Shown: positions 40,627 through 52,000 of the stretch, piece after piece
Layout: each line of letters begins with the position of its first letter
Numbering within the stretch: position 1 is the first letter of the stretch
NCBI GenBank assembly: GCA_963765495.1
Contig: CAVXWP010000016.1
Coordinates: forward strand, 320,001 to 384,000
DNA: 64,000 bases
Origin: Blastocatellia bacterium
GTDB taxonomy: Bacteria > Acidobacteriota > Blastocatellia > UBA7656
Direction: 5' to 3'
The notes under the pieces: generated by a model
What the model saw: only the letters and a program-made list of their open reading frames with translations
What the model was told of the DNA's origin: nothing
Database searches by the model: none
Program-made: the position numbers and the translations under genes

Positions 40627-41235
40627 TCATCTGGTCAGGAAAATCTCTGTGAAATAGACCGTGCCGTTTTCGTTTATCCACGCGCCGATGGCCGTCTGCC
40701 GGAAATCTCTATCGAGTATATTTCGCCGATGGCCGGGGCTGTCCATCCAGCCCATAACGCTCGCGGCCACGGGGTTGACGTAGCCTCTTGAATAAGAAAG
40801 ATTCTCTCCAAGCATGCGCCATTTTATTCCAGCCTGAGAGACTCGCTGGCGCACGGTACGGCCGTCCGGGTCATCGTGAGAAAAGAATTTCTCATCCGCC
40901 ATCCTCTGGCTATAAGCCCGCGCCACAGGCAGGAGAGATTCCGAAAACTCCAGAGGCCGAAGCCCTTGCTTGACGCGCAGTTGATTTATCTCTTCAAGAC
41001 ACTGTTGTTCAAGTGATTCGATTTCATGCAGAAAGCCGGGCGAAGCAAGCGGCTTCAAGTCCTCAGGCGACGAGCCTCTGAGTTCAGGCGAGCGGTCTTC
41101 GTGAGGCTGATGCCGCGCCACCCGCCCCCGCCCCGTGAATACGCCGTCGTCTTGCTGTGAATATGCCTTGCCCGCAGGGATGATCGTTAACAGTAATGCC
41201 GGAACCAGGAGAGAAAAACTGATGACTTTCCTCAT
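40627..41235 (-). CDS. CAP/SCP-domain secreted protein
   Basis: Signal peptide; INQLR, FFSH, GENL, WMDSPGHRRNIL. Confidence 0.92.
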   Translation of the reverse strand: MRKVISFSLLVPALLLTIIPAGKAYSQQDDGVFTGRGRVARHQPHEDRSPELRGSSPEDLKPLASPGFLHEIESLEQQCLEEINQLRVKQGLRPLEFSESLLPVARAYSQRMADEKFFSHDDPDGRTVRQRVSQAGIKWRMLGENLSYSRGYVNPVAASVMGWMDSPGHRRNILDRDFRQTAIGAWINENGTVYFTEIFLTR

Positions 41236-41344
41236 ACCTACCCTCGTGATCCTTGTCGAAAAATATAACCTGACAGAAGCGATTCGTCTTCGAGCACTGC
41301 CGCAGATAAAGTACAACGGATTCCCAGTAGCAACAAGAGGAACC

Positions 41345-41378
41345 TCTCAAATCTGAGATTTGAATCAGAAATTTGAGA
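41345..41378. repeat. Short palindrome built from TCTCAAA/TTTGAGA heptamers
   Basis: TCTCAAATCTGAGATTTGA..ATTTGAGA. Confidence 0.55.
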
Positions 41379-41467
41379 CCGGTAAAAATGAAAGAGCCTG
41401 TTTTTCAGGGTGCTCGGGAGCGAAGGCGAAGTCATAACCTCGCCTCCGCTCTTTATCGTCGTGCTCG

Positions 41468-43576
41468 CTATTTCTTGTTCAGCTTCTCTTTGATCTGCTG
41501 AATCTCTTCCGGCTCGGTGGCCAGCTTCAGCGCCTCTTCCCACTGAGCGCGCGCCTTATCCATCTTTCCCTGCTTCTTGTAGAGGTCGCCAAGATGATCG
41601 TTGATCGTAGGCGAGCGAGGCGAATAGATAATCGCCTGTTCGAGGTATTTCTCGGCCTCGTCGGTCTTCCCTTCCTTGAACAAAAGCCAGCCGAGCGAAT
41701 CCAGATAAGAGCCGTTGGTCGGCTCTATGTTGACCGCGCGCCGTATGAAGTCTTCAGCTTCCTTCATGCGCTCGCCTCGCTCGGTCAGGAAATAGCCGAG
41801 GTTATTTAGAACGGTCGCGTTCTCAGGGTCTATTTCGAGCGCCTTCTTTAAGGTCGCCTCGGATTCTTTGAATTTCTTTTGCCGATCCTGGACTATCGAA
41901 AGCGTGATCAGAGGCCGAATGTCGTTAGGCTCGATCTCCATCGCCTTTCGCACATACTCTTCGGCCTGCTTGAGTTGATTGGCCTCAAGCTGCATGCTCG
42001 ACCAGAAAAGATAGATGTCGGCGTCTTCCCTGCCGCCCTTGAGTTGAGATTTCAGAATTTCATCCGATGTCTTTGTATCGCCCAGCCGCACTGCCGCCTG
42101 CGCCTTGTACTGGTTGAACGAAGATTCGTCGGGGAACCGCTTGGCGGATTCCGACGCGTGTTCGAGGGCCTCTTTATTTTTGCCCTCGTTCAACAGCGAA
42201 TCTATGATGAGTTGATCGGCGCGGGGATTATCGGGGCCGAGTACCTTCTTCATCCTCCCGAAGGTCGCCATCTCCTTATCGCGATTTCCCGCCAGGCGAT
42301 AGGCTAATCCTATGCGCTGGAGCATCAAAGCCGCGTTTTGTTTATCCTGCTGATTGTCGCTCACTGTCCCGTCGGGGTTCACGATCGTCGAGAGCGCTTC
42401 TTCGTAAGTATCCACGGCCTTATCGAATTTGTGCATCTCTTCATAGGTCTCGGCCAGCGAATAGAGTACGGGGAGACTTTCGGATACATCCTGCCCCTTG
42501 AGCGCTTCCTGAAGAGTCTGGACGGCATCTTCCCGCTTCCCGGACCGGCGCTGCGCATCGGCCACGATTCTAATCGCGTTCAAATAAAAGGGCGTGTCCT
42601 TCTTGACGATCTTCAGCACGGGTTCGAGCAGCTTTGTAGCTTCATCATAATGGCCCGCGAATACGAGCGCTTCGGCGTAATCGCCAAGCAAAGGCGAAGT
42701 TATGAGCCCGGCTTTGATCGTCCCGCTGCTTTCGTCGTCATCATCGTCCTTATCGTTAGGGTCGGCCTTATTATCCTTGTCATCTTTTTTGACCGTGGCC
42801 GAGGCGTCTTTTATTCCCAGAGCTTTCTTATAAATGTCCAGAGCCTCTTGCGTGCGTCCGAGCCTCAGCAAGGTCTTTGCAAGCAAACCGGCATACTGTG
42901 GCGCGTCGGGTTTTATATCGTAAGCCTTGCGCGCGGCGCCTTCGGCCTCGCGCAGCTTGTTCTTTTGATAGTAGAGCATAGCAAGGCGAAATTGAGCGTT
43001 GTCGGCCGAGGTGTCGGTTTCGGCTACGCGCTTGAGCGCGTCGAGCGCTTTGTCTTCTTCGCCGAGCGAGTCATATAGTTCGCCGATGATCGAAAAAACC
43101 GGCACATCCTGATCGCCGATGGGAATCTTTGCCGAAGCATTCAGCTTGCCGACCTCTTCGAGTTCCTTTAACGCCTGCCGCGCCTTGTCCTTGTCGAGCG
43201 ACGTGCCGACAAACGACTGAGCGAGGTAGACTCGCGCTACAAGCTTGCGCACATCGATGTTTCCGGGCGCGATCTTTATAGCCTCGCGAGCCTGCGCTTC
43301 GGCATCAATCAGGTTTCTGTTATTGAGGTAAAGTGAAGCAAAGGCGACTCGGAGTTCCGCCGAACTGGGGTCCAGTTTGATAGCCTCTTTGTATGCCTCG
43401 ACAGCACCGGGGTAGTTGCCCGATTTTTCCAGGCTCTGCGCCTCCAGGTATTTCTTCAGGGCCTGCGCGCGGTCATCCGTACCCTGTTGCGGTTTGGCCT
43501 CCTGGGCCATCGCCTGCACGATCAGTGACAACGCGAGAATTATTATCCCGCTCACCGTGAATATGTTTCTTTTCAA
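41468..43576 (-). CDS. Secreted TPR-repeat protein
   Basis: Signal peptide; many TPRs; LNNLGY, YLDSLGW, DHLGD. Confidence 0.92.
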   Translation of the reverse strand: MKRNIFTVSGIIILALSLIVQAMAQEAKPQQGTDDRAQALKKYLEAQSLEKSGNYPGAVEAYKEAIKLDPSSAELRVAFASLYLNNRNLIDAEAQAREAIKIAPGNIDVRKLVARVYLAQSFVGTSLDKDKARQALKELEEVGKLNASAKIPIGDQDVPVFSIIGELYDSLGEEDKALDALKRVAETDTSADNAQFRLAMLYYQKNKLREAEGAARKAYDIKPDAPQYAGLLAKTLLRLGRTQEALDIYKKALGIKDASATVKKDDKDNKADPNDKDDDDDESSGTIKAGLITSPLLGDYAEALVFAGHYDEATKLLEPVLKIVKKDTPFYLNAIRIVADAQRRSGKREDAVQTLQEALKGQDVSESLPVLYSLAETYEEMHKFDKAVDTYEEALSTIVNPDGTVSDNQQDKQNAALMLQRIGLAYRLAGNRDKEMATFGRMKKVLGPDNPRADQLIIDSLLNEGKNKEALEHASESAKRFPDESSFNQYKAQAAVRLGDTKTSDEILKSQLKGGREDADIYLFWSSMQLEANQLKQAEEYVRKAMEIEPNDIRPLITLSIVQDRQKKFKESEATLKKALEIDPENATVLNNLGYFLTERGERMKEAEDFIRRAVNIEPTNGSYLDSLGWLLFKEGKTDEAEKYLEQAIIYSPRSPTINDHLGDLYKKQGKMDKARAQWEEALKLATEPEEIQQIKEKLNKK

Positions 43577-43660
43577 GATACTACTTCCTTTCTGTTCTGA
43601 CAGATCAAACCGGGAAAACGCCTTTCGGGGGCGACCTGCGCTCAGACCCGGTCTTGAGGA

Positions 43661-44185
43661 TTATCCCGCGTCGGAGCCGGGCGTAATCTGAGCTATATAA
43701 TTAACGGTCTGCTCCCAGGCCGCGCGGCGCGGGTAAGTTGACAGCGCCACCATCAATCCTATGAGAGAGCAAATAACCACGTCGTTGCGTGCGCCGCCGA
43801 AGATGGCCATCAACAGGGAAATTATCCCGATGGCTTCGGCAATCGCACCCGATATTATAGTGGTATTGACCAGATGCCTGATAACACCCGCAACTCCCTG
43901 GACTCCGGCTATTGTCTGCAACCTGACAAATCGCAACTGCGCGCGCCGAAAGGCTATCGAGCCGAGTGATAAAAAGAGCGCCGCCACGTAAAAGGGTATT
44001 CTCAGTTGAAGAGTCCCTTCGGCCTCGGCGGGCCGGACCGCCCCCAGAAGGAAAAGCCCGACCACGAGATAAATAGCTATGCTGAAGGCTATGGCCAGAA
44101 CGATCGTCTGAGCCGAGCGATGGGCCGCAGCCACCTTTGCTCCGAGCGTCGAGCCTGTACCAGCAGTCTGCGAATTGGGTATCAA
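43661..44185 (-). CDS. Hypothetical four-TM membrane protein
   Basis: Hydrophobic helices; 4-nt overlap with the upstream gene. Confidence 0.65.
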   Translation of the reverse strand: MIPNSQTAGTGSTLGAKVAAAHRSAQTIVLAIAFSIAIYLVVGLFLLGAVRPAEAEGTLQLRIPFYVAALFLSLGSIAFRRAQLRFVRLQTIAGVQGVAGVIRHLVNTTIISGAIAEAIGIISLLMAIFGGARNDVVICSLIGLMVALSTYPRRAAWEQTVNYIAQITPGSDAG

Positions 44186-44787
44186 TCCGATGCTCCCCTC
44201 ATTCGCCCGTTTTCGATCACAATATCATCGCTCGTATCGGGCTTGCCGTCCGGCCCCATACTCGCCAGCCTGTAGCCGGCAGCCGTGCCGTTGTATTGAA
44301 ATTCGTTTGACCAGGCATCGAGTCGCACGACGCGATTCAGGTAATTCGGAGAGAGAAAATCTACCAGCCCCGAACCATCATCTGCCGTAACGTAAAAGCC
44401 ACGTTCGCGGCGAAAGGCTTCAAGCGCCGTGGCAAGCTCGTTTAATTGGGCCTCGGTCCTGAGTATCTTCTCTTTTCGCACTGCCGTCTGTATCAACTCT
44501 ACGGATTCCCAGTTGCGGTCGCCCGTGCGGACATCGGCTACCACCCAATCGCCGCTCTTTTCCTTCTTGAAGCGAAATGCGGTGGTAAATTGCGCCACTA
44601 CTATGGCCTCATCTCCGGGGCCTGCGCTTATATTTTTTATGTGGATCTGGTCGGCCTTGTCTATTCCCAGTGCCTGAGCTATGCGCTCACGAGCCTCGCG
44701 CGATCCAAGCTCTCTCGCAAATACCGTGACCCAGAGAAACAAGATCGCCGCCACCATAATCACAATCGCTCGCGAAATGGATTTCAT
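44182..44787 (-). CDS. Secreted protein with a GspG/T2SS-G-like C-terminal domain
   Basis: LATALEAFRRERG, DAWSNEFQY, SMGPDGKPDTSDDI. Confidence 0.75.
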   Translation of the reverse strand: MKSISRAIVIMVAAILFLWVTVFARELGSREARERIAQALGIDKADQIHIKNISAGPGDEAIVVAQFTTAFRFKKEKSGDWVVADVRTGDRNWESVELIQTAVRKEKILRTEAQLNELATALEAFRRERGFYVTADDGSGLVDFLSPNYLNRVVRLDAWSNEFQYNGTAAGYRLASMGPDGKPDTSDDIVIENGRMRGASD

Positions 44788-44885
44788 GTATGTCCTCCGA
44801 GCCGGATACGGGAGATATAGCTGTAAATCACAGCTTAAAAAGATAGTAACAAACGCTCGTTTGTGTTGGCAACAAGTATAAAAAC

Positions 44886-44998
44886 TGATGCGTGATGCGT
44901 GATGCGGGATTTACCCGGCTTGCAGGTTGTTTTTATCGAGCATCTTGTCTGAAAGTCACGCATCAGGCATCACGCGTCGTTTTTCGATTCACGAATCA
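44886..44998. repeat. Heptamer-armed palindromic element, core type A
   Basis: (TGATGCG)x3, core CCGGCTTGCAGGTTGTTTTTATCGAGCATCTTGTCTGAAAG, then TCACGCA TCAGGCA TCACGCG. Confidence 0.88.
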
Positions 44999-45080
44999 GT
45001 ACCCCATTTTGCGCACATTGCCGAACGCTTGCTACAATTCTGATTTACGCGTGAGCGTATAGCGAATCGAGGGAGCGCAA

Positions 45081-48000
45081 TTGGTCACAAATCATCCACC
45101 TGACAGCTTCTACGGCGAAATCTTTGGGCGACTGTTTCGAAGCGACGAGCTTGAAACAGTCGCGGGTCAGATAGCGTCAGGCATTCGTGTAATCGTCATC
45201 TCCGGGCTTGCGGGATCGGCTCGCGCGCTTGTGCTTGCGGCGCTCGAAAAAAAACCGGCCGCCGCGTTGTATTCGTCACCAGATCGAATCGCGAAGTCGA
45301 AGAGTTTCAGCCCGATGTCGAGTTCTTTTTCTGCGCTCTCAACGGCGTCGAAAGCTGTGATACCGAAGTGCTGACCATCCCCGCGATGGAGACCAATCCT
45401 TATGACGGCACTTCACCACACGCCGAGGTGCTCGAACAACGTTCGCTCGCGCTCTATCGCGCTTATCGCAAAGAGGCTCGCATACTGCTGACTTCGCTCG
45501 GCGCTCTCGCCGAAAGAACCATCCCGCCAAACCTCCTGAAAGCATCGAGCATAGCCCTTCGCATAGGCGATGACATGCCGCCCGAATTGATCGTTGATCT
45601 GCTGATCGCAAGCGGGTATGTCCGCGAAGAGCCGGTTCGAGCGGTCGGAGAGTTCAGCATCCGAGGCGGCATTCTGGATGTATTTTCGCCCGCATCCGGC
45701 ACGCCTTATCGAATAGAATTTTTCGGTGATACAGTCGATTCCATAAGAGCCTTCGACGCCGACACGCAACGGTCCATAGGCCGCATTGACGAGGCGCTGC
45801 TTGTGCCTATGCGCGAGATATCGGTCAGGCGCGAAGAGTTCATGGACTGGGCCGAGGCGGCGCGCACCCGGTGGGCGGATGATCGGTTCCGCCGCGATCT
45901 GCGCGCCCGCATAGCTCATGCCGAACGCGGCGAGCCGTTTCCCGGCTGGGAGTACCTGCTCCCGCTCACGCGCCCTCTCACATCGTCGGCCTTCGAATAT
46001 TTGGAAGACACGCTCTTCGTCATTGACGAACCTGCCGAGATTGAAAAGAGCGCTTCGGATTTTTACAGCTATCTTTCAGACCGCTTCTCGCAGGCAGATG
46101 AAGAGGGCGGTCTTTCCCTGCCGCCCGAGAAATTATTTCTTACCGCAAATGAATTGCGCGAGCAATTCCAGTCGGCTGCCCGCATAGAGTTCCGCCTTCT
46201 CGGACGCGCCGCCGCCGCTATGGATGAGCATTTCCTGATCGAATCGCTTGCCTCGGAAGGTCCGAAAGTCCCCCCGGCCTCTTCCACCGACACCGAGGAT
46301 AATCAATCCTCTGCTTCCAATTGGAACGCCGCGCTCAGCAGGAAGGCGTCTCCCAGCCTCTTTCTTTTTACTCTGCCTGAGACGACTCCCGACATCTCAA
46401 TCATTTCGCAATCACCCAGGCGCTATCACGGCAGAGTGCAGGACCTTGCACGCGATCTCAAAACGGAAGCGGGAGCAAGCAAAAGGACCACGCTATTTTT
46501 AATGCCCGGCTTTGGTCTTGCCGAACGCGTAGTCGAAATGCTTGCCGAGTATGAATTGACTGCGCAACTTCTTCCCTCGCTCAATGCGCGCAGAAGAGAA
46601 GACCGCACTGAGATTGTAAGCAATCTGGTAGTCACCTCGGGCAGGCTGACAAACGGGTTCGCGCTTCCCCCGGCTGAATTGTCGGTGCTTGTGGAAAGCG
46701 ATGTTTTCGGAGATGTCGAGCCGCACGCCCGACCGCGAATGGCCCCGAAGCGAACGGCCAAGCAGCGCAAGACATCTGCCTTTTTATCCGATCTCGGCGA
46801 TCTGAAGGTGGGCGATTACGTCGTGCACATAGATCACGGCATAGGACAGTTTCAGGGTCTCAGGCAGATCACAACCGTAGGCGGGCCTACAGGAAACGTG
46901 GCCGCCGGACTTGAGCGTAACGCGGGCGGCGTGCGCGAATTCATGCTCCTGACTTTTGCCGAAGGCGCTCGCCTTTACGTTCCGGTTGAACGGCTCGATC
47001 TGGTGCAGCGATATTCGGCAGGCGAAGGAAATCGGCCTCAGCTTGATCGCCTCGGCGGCGTAGGCTGGCAAAAGACCCGCGAACGCGCGCGGCGGGCGAT
47101 GCGCGATATGGCCGAAGAGTTACTGAAGCTTTATGCCGAACGCAAGCTGGTCAGCGGCCACAGCTACGGAGCGGACAATCCCTGGCAACAGGAGTTCGAA
47201 GATGCCTTCGAATATCAGCTTACGCCCGATCAGGAAGCCGCCATCGAAGATGTGAAATCGGGTATGGAAAGCACCGAGCCGATGGACCGCCTCATCGTTG
47301 GCGATGTGGGCTATGGCAAGACAGAAGTGGCCATGAGAGCCGCTTTCAAGGCGGTGATGGAAGGCAAGCAGGTGGCCGTGCTCGCCCCCACGACAGTGCT
47401 CGTCTTTCAACACTTCAAGACCTTTCAAAATCGCTTTGCCGCCTTTCCCGTGCGTATAGAAATGCTCTCGCGGTTTCGCTCTGCGAAAGAACAGAAGGAA
47501 GTCGTAAGCGCCGTCGAAGCCGGGGCCGTAGACATTGTCATAGGCACACACAGGTTGTTGTCGAAAGACATCCGGTTCAAAGACCTCGGCCTGCTCATCG
47601 TTGACGAAGAGCAGCGATTCGGCGTGGCGCACAAGGAGCGCATAAAGCAGATGCGCAAAAAGGTTGACGTGATAGCCATGTCGGCTACACCGATTCCGCG
47701 CACGCTGAACATGTCGCTTGCGGGGCTTCGCGATATGTCGGTGATCGAAACCCCGCCGCGCGACAGACTCGCTATTCAAACTCACGTCGTGCAGTTCTCA
47801 GACACCGTAATCCGTTCGGCAATCGAGCTTGAACTCCAGCGCGGAGGACAGGTCTTTTTTGTGCATAATCGAGTAGAGACTATTCACTCGATTGCCGACT
47901 TGATCGGGCGTCTTGTTCCCGGCGCTCGCATAGGCGTGGGCCACGGGCAGATGGGCGAAAAAGAGCTTGAAGAGGTGGTATTGAAATTTATCCGTCACGA

Positions 48001-48829
48001 ACTCGATCTTCTCGTCTCGACCACCATAATTGAAAACGGCATAGATATTCCGCTCGCAAACACGATCATCATAAACCGCGCAGACAAGTATGGTCTGTCG
48101 CAGCTTTATCAACTGCGCGGGCGCGTAGGCCGATCCAATCGCCGGGCATATGCCTATCTTCTCATCCCCTCCGAAGATGGATTGACCGACATCGCGCGCC
48201 GCAGGCTTGCAGCCATTCGAGAATTTTCCGATCTTGGCGCGGGCTTTAGAATCGCGGCTCTCGATCTTGAGCTTCGCGGCGCGGGAAATCTGCTTGGCGG
48301 TCAGCAGTCGGGACACATCGAGGCTATCGGCTTTGATCTCTACACGCAGATGCTTGAGCGCACCGTGCGCGAGTTGAAAGGCGAGCCCGTAGAGGATGAA
48401 GTCTCGGCGGCAATAAATCTAGGCGTCGATATTCGAATACCCGAAGAATATATATACGATGTCAGCCAGCGGCTCAGAACCTACAAACGAATCTCGTCGG
48501 CTCAAAGCGAAGAAGAACTCTCTGACATTCACGCCGAGATCGAAGATCGGTACGGACCTCAGACAAAGTCGGTCGAAAACCTTTTTGAGTATGCTCGGCT
48601 GCGGCGGGAAGCAAGCCGATTGAGGATTCTTTCAATAGACCGCGAAGGCGACCGATTGACTGTAAAATTCAGCGAGCAGGCAAAAATTGATCCCGATAAA
48701 CTGATCTCTCTGGTATCGTCGAGCGACGCGAGTTTTACGCCGAGCGGCGTTTTGAAAATCGGATTTAACAGCCAGGCGGATGAGGCGATTTTTGCCGAAG
48801 TAAGAGACTTGCTGAACCGGTTGAAATGA
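45081..48829 (+). CDS. mfd: Transcription-repair coupling factor; frameshift in the A8 run at 45247-45254
   Basis: GEFSIRGGILD, VVHIDHGIG, GDVGYGKTEVA, DEEQRFGV, QLRGRVGR; N-terminal SGLAGSARAL joins in frame if one A is added. Confidence 0.95.
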
Positions 48830-49041
48830 ACCTTTGTGGTAAACACTCCAAACGTCTATTTTGGGTTGCCGCCGATAAAGTCTCTGAGATAATATCCATC
48901 CTTCGCGCAGGTAGTTTCCTTAAGGCACAAAACCGAATAACCATTCCCAGTTGAAAGGAGTGTCCCTACCTCTGTGTAGCGAGCCCCAGGTCTACTCCTC
49001 CTGCCTGATGGGTGCGTCCAGAGATGGACTTTGCACAAAAT

Positions 49042-52000
49042 ATGAATACCACAAGATATACTTCGTCCACGCGCCGGGTGCGTCTGAGCGTCATCATCAC
49101 GATGATTTTGGCTCTCTCTTTCGCAGCTTACCAGATTGTTTCTCCTCCCTCCGTCGAGGGCATATCGAGCACTATAGTAATCAGTCAGATTTACGGAGGC
49201 GGCGGCAATGCCGGGGCAACCTATACAAACGACTTCATAGAACTCTTCAATCGAGGTGCCAGCGCGGTCAGCGTGGCGGGATGGACAGTGCAATACGCAT
49301 CCGCTACGGGCACAACGTGGCAAACCACCGCCCTTTCGGGCTCGATTCCACCGGGGGGCTATTACCTTGTTCAAGAAGCGCAGGGGGCGGGAGGGACTAC
49401 GCCTCTGCCTACTCCGGACGCCACCGGAAGCATACCCATGAGCGCAACGGCCGGCAAAGTGGCCCTGGTCAATACTACTACGGCTTTGAGCGGCTCGTGT
49501 CCGACCGGAGCTTCCATAATTGATTTTGTAGGTTTCGGCTCAACGGCCAACTGTTCCGAGGGAAGCCCAACGGCTACTCTAAGCAATACAACTGCGGCGC
49601 TGAGAAACATGAACGGCTGCACCGACACGGACAGCAATTCGTCTGATTTCACAACAGGCGCGCCAGCGCCTCGCAACAGCGCCTCGCCCACAAACTCCTG
49701 CGGCGGCTCAACAAACCCATCTGGAACAGGCGCCGCAAATCCATCCGGTGTTACACCCGGAGCAATGACCCTTCTTACAGTCACGGTCACACCGGGCACA
49801 AATCCCCCAAGCACCGGACTCGCCGTCACAGGCGACCTCACATCCATAGGCGGGTCTGCGAGCCAGATGTTTTTTGATGACGGCTCAAACGGCGATGCGA
49901 CTCCCGGCGATAACATTTTCTCGTTTCAGGCAACCGTAGCAATGGCAACTACGCCGGGAATGAAGAGCCTGCCCGTGACCATCACGGATGCTGAGATGCG
50001 GATGGGGTCAACCTCTATATCGCTCTCGGTCGTCTCACCGGGCGGCACGCGAATCCACGACATACAGGGAGCCAGCCATATCTCACCTCTGGCAAACACA
50101 TCGGTTTCAGGCGTTCCGGGCATTGTGACGGCCCTTCTTTCAAACGGCTTTTATATGCAGGACCCAATGCCCGATGCCAATGACGCTACAAGCGAGGCTA
50201 TATTTGTCTTCACATCGTCGGCTCCGACGGTCAGCGTGGGCGACTCGGTTCTTGTGAGCGGCACGATTTCGGAATTTCGGGCGGGTGGCAGCAGTGGCCT
50301 CACTAACCTGACAACCACTGAAATCTCAGGCAGCCCAACCGTAGCGATTCAATCAACCGGAAATCCCTTGCCTCCGCCGATTGTCATTGGCACAGGCGGG
50401 CGCATCCCACCATCAACGATCATCGAAGACGATGCATCCGGTGATGTGGAAACAGGCGGCGTCTTTGATCCGGCATCCGACGGAATCGATTTTTACGAGA
50501 GCCTCGAAGCGATGAGAGTGCAGGTCAATAATCCGGTCGTTGTCGGCCCGAGCGTCAGCTTTGGCGAAATACCGGTCGTAGGCGATGACGGTGCGAACGC
50601 CAGCGTGCGAACAACGCGCGGCGGCGTAGTGATTCGCAGCAGCGACTTCAACCCTGAACGTATCATCCTTGATGACACAATCCTCAGCACACCTTCGGTC
50701 AATGTCGGCGATCACTTCTCAGGCCCCGCTATCGGCGTGATGGATTACAGCTTCGGCAACTTCAAACTCAATATCACTTCACCTATCTCTGCTGTGTCGG
50801 GCGGGCTGGCTCAAGAGATAACGAATACGCCGAACTCGAATCAACTCACGATAGCCACTTTTAATGTGGAGAACCTCGATCCGGGCGATGGGGCGACGAA
50901 ATTCAATACCATCGCGAGCGAGGTCGTAAACAATCTGAAATCGCCTGACCTGATAACAGTCGAAGAAGTTCAGGACAATAACGGCGCGACTAATGACGGG
51001 ACGGTCGATGCTACCGTTACGATAAACACGCTAATCTCAGCTATTCAGACCGCCGGGGGTCCCACTTATCAATTTCGCCAGATCAACCCGGTGAACAATC
51101 AGGACGGCGGTGAACCCGGGGGCAATATTCGCGTCGTATTCCTTTTCCGTACGGATCGCGGACTCAGCTTTATAGACCGGCCGGGCGGCGATTCTACGAC
51201 AGCCACCACCGTTGTGAGCGGCATGATGGGGCCGGAACTCTCCTTCAGCCCAGGCCGCGTTGATCCGAATAACGCCGCCTGGAGCGCGAGCCGCAAACCG
51301 CTCGCAGGCGAATTCACATTTAATGGTCGCAAGATTTTTGTTATCGGTAATCACTTCAACTCAAAGGGTGGTGATGACCCTCTGTTTGGACATATCCAGC
51401 CACCCGTTCTCAGTTCAGAGGTGAAACGTTTACAGCAGGCACAGATAGTTCACGATTTTGTAAATTCGATTCTCGCGCTGGACTCGAACGCAAGTGTCGT
51501 TGTGCTTGGTGACCTGAACGATTTCGAGTTCTCAAACCCTCTGACCACATTGAAAGGCACCATACTTCACGCTCTCGTCGAATCGCTTCCTCAGAGCGAG
51601 CGTTACTCATATGTATTTGACGGTAACTCGCAGGAACTCGACCATATTCTTGCAAGTGACGGGTTGGTAACCAATACGCCTTTCGAATACGACGTGGTCC
51701 ATCTGCATTCCGAATTCGCCGTTCGAGTGAGCGATCACGATCCATCACTGGTTCGGTTCACCTTTACACCTACGGCGATAGAGCTTACAGATTTTAGCGC
51801 CACGGACATGGGTGGCCAGATATTATTGCAATGGCAGACAGGCATGGAGATAGACAATCTGGGCTTTAATGTTTATCGCGAAGAAGCGGGGAGTCGAGTG
51901 CGAATTACTCCTCAGATACTGGCAGGGTCGGCCCTCGTAGCAGGACCGGGAACAGCCCTTACAGCCGGGCGTTCTTATTCGTGGTGGGATGTTTCGGCAC

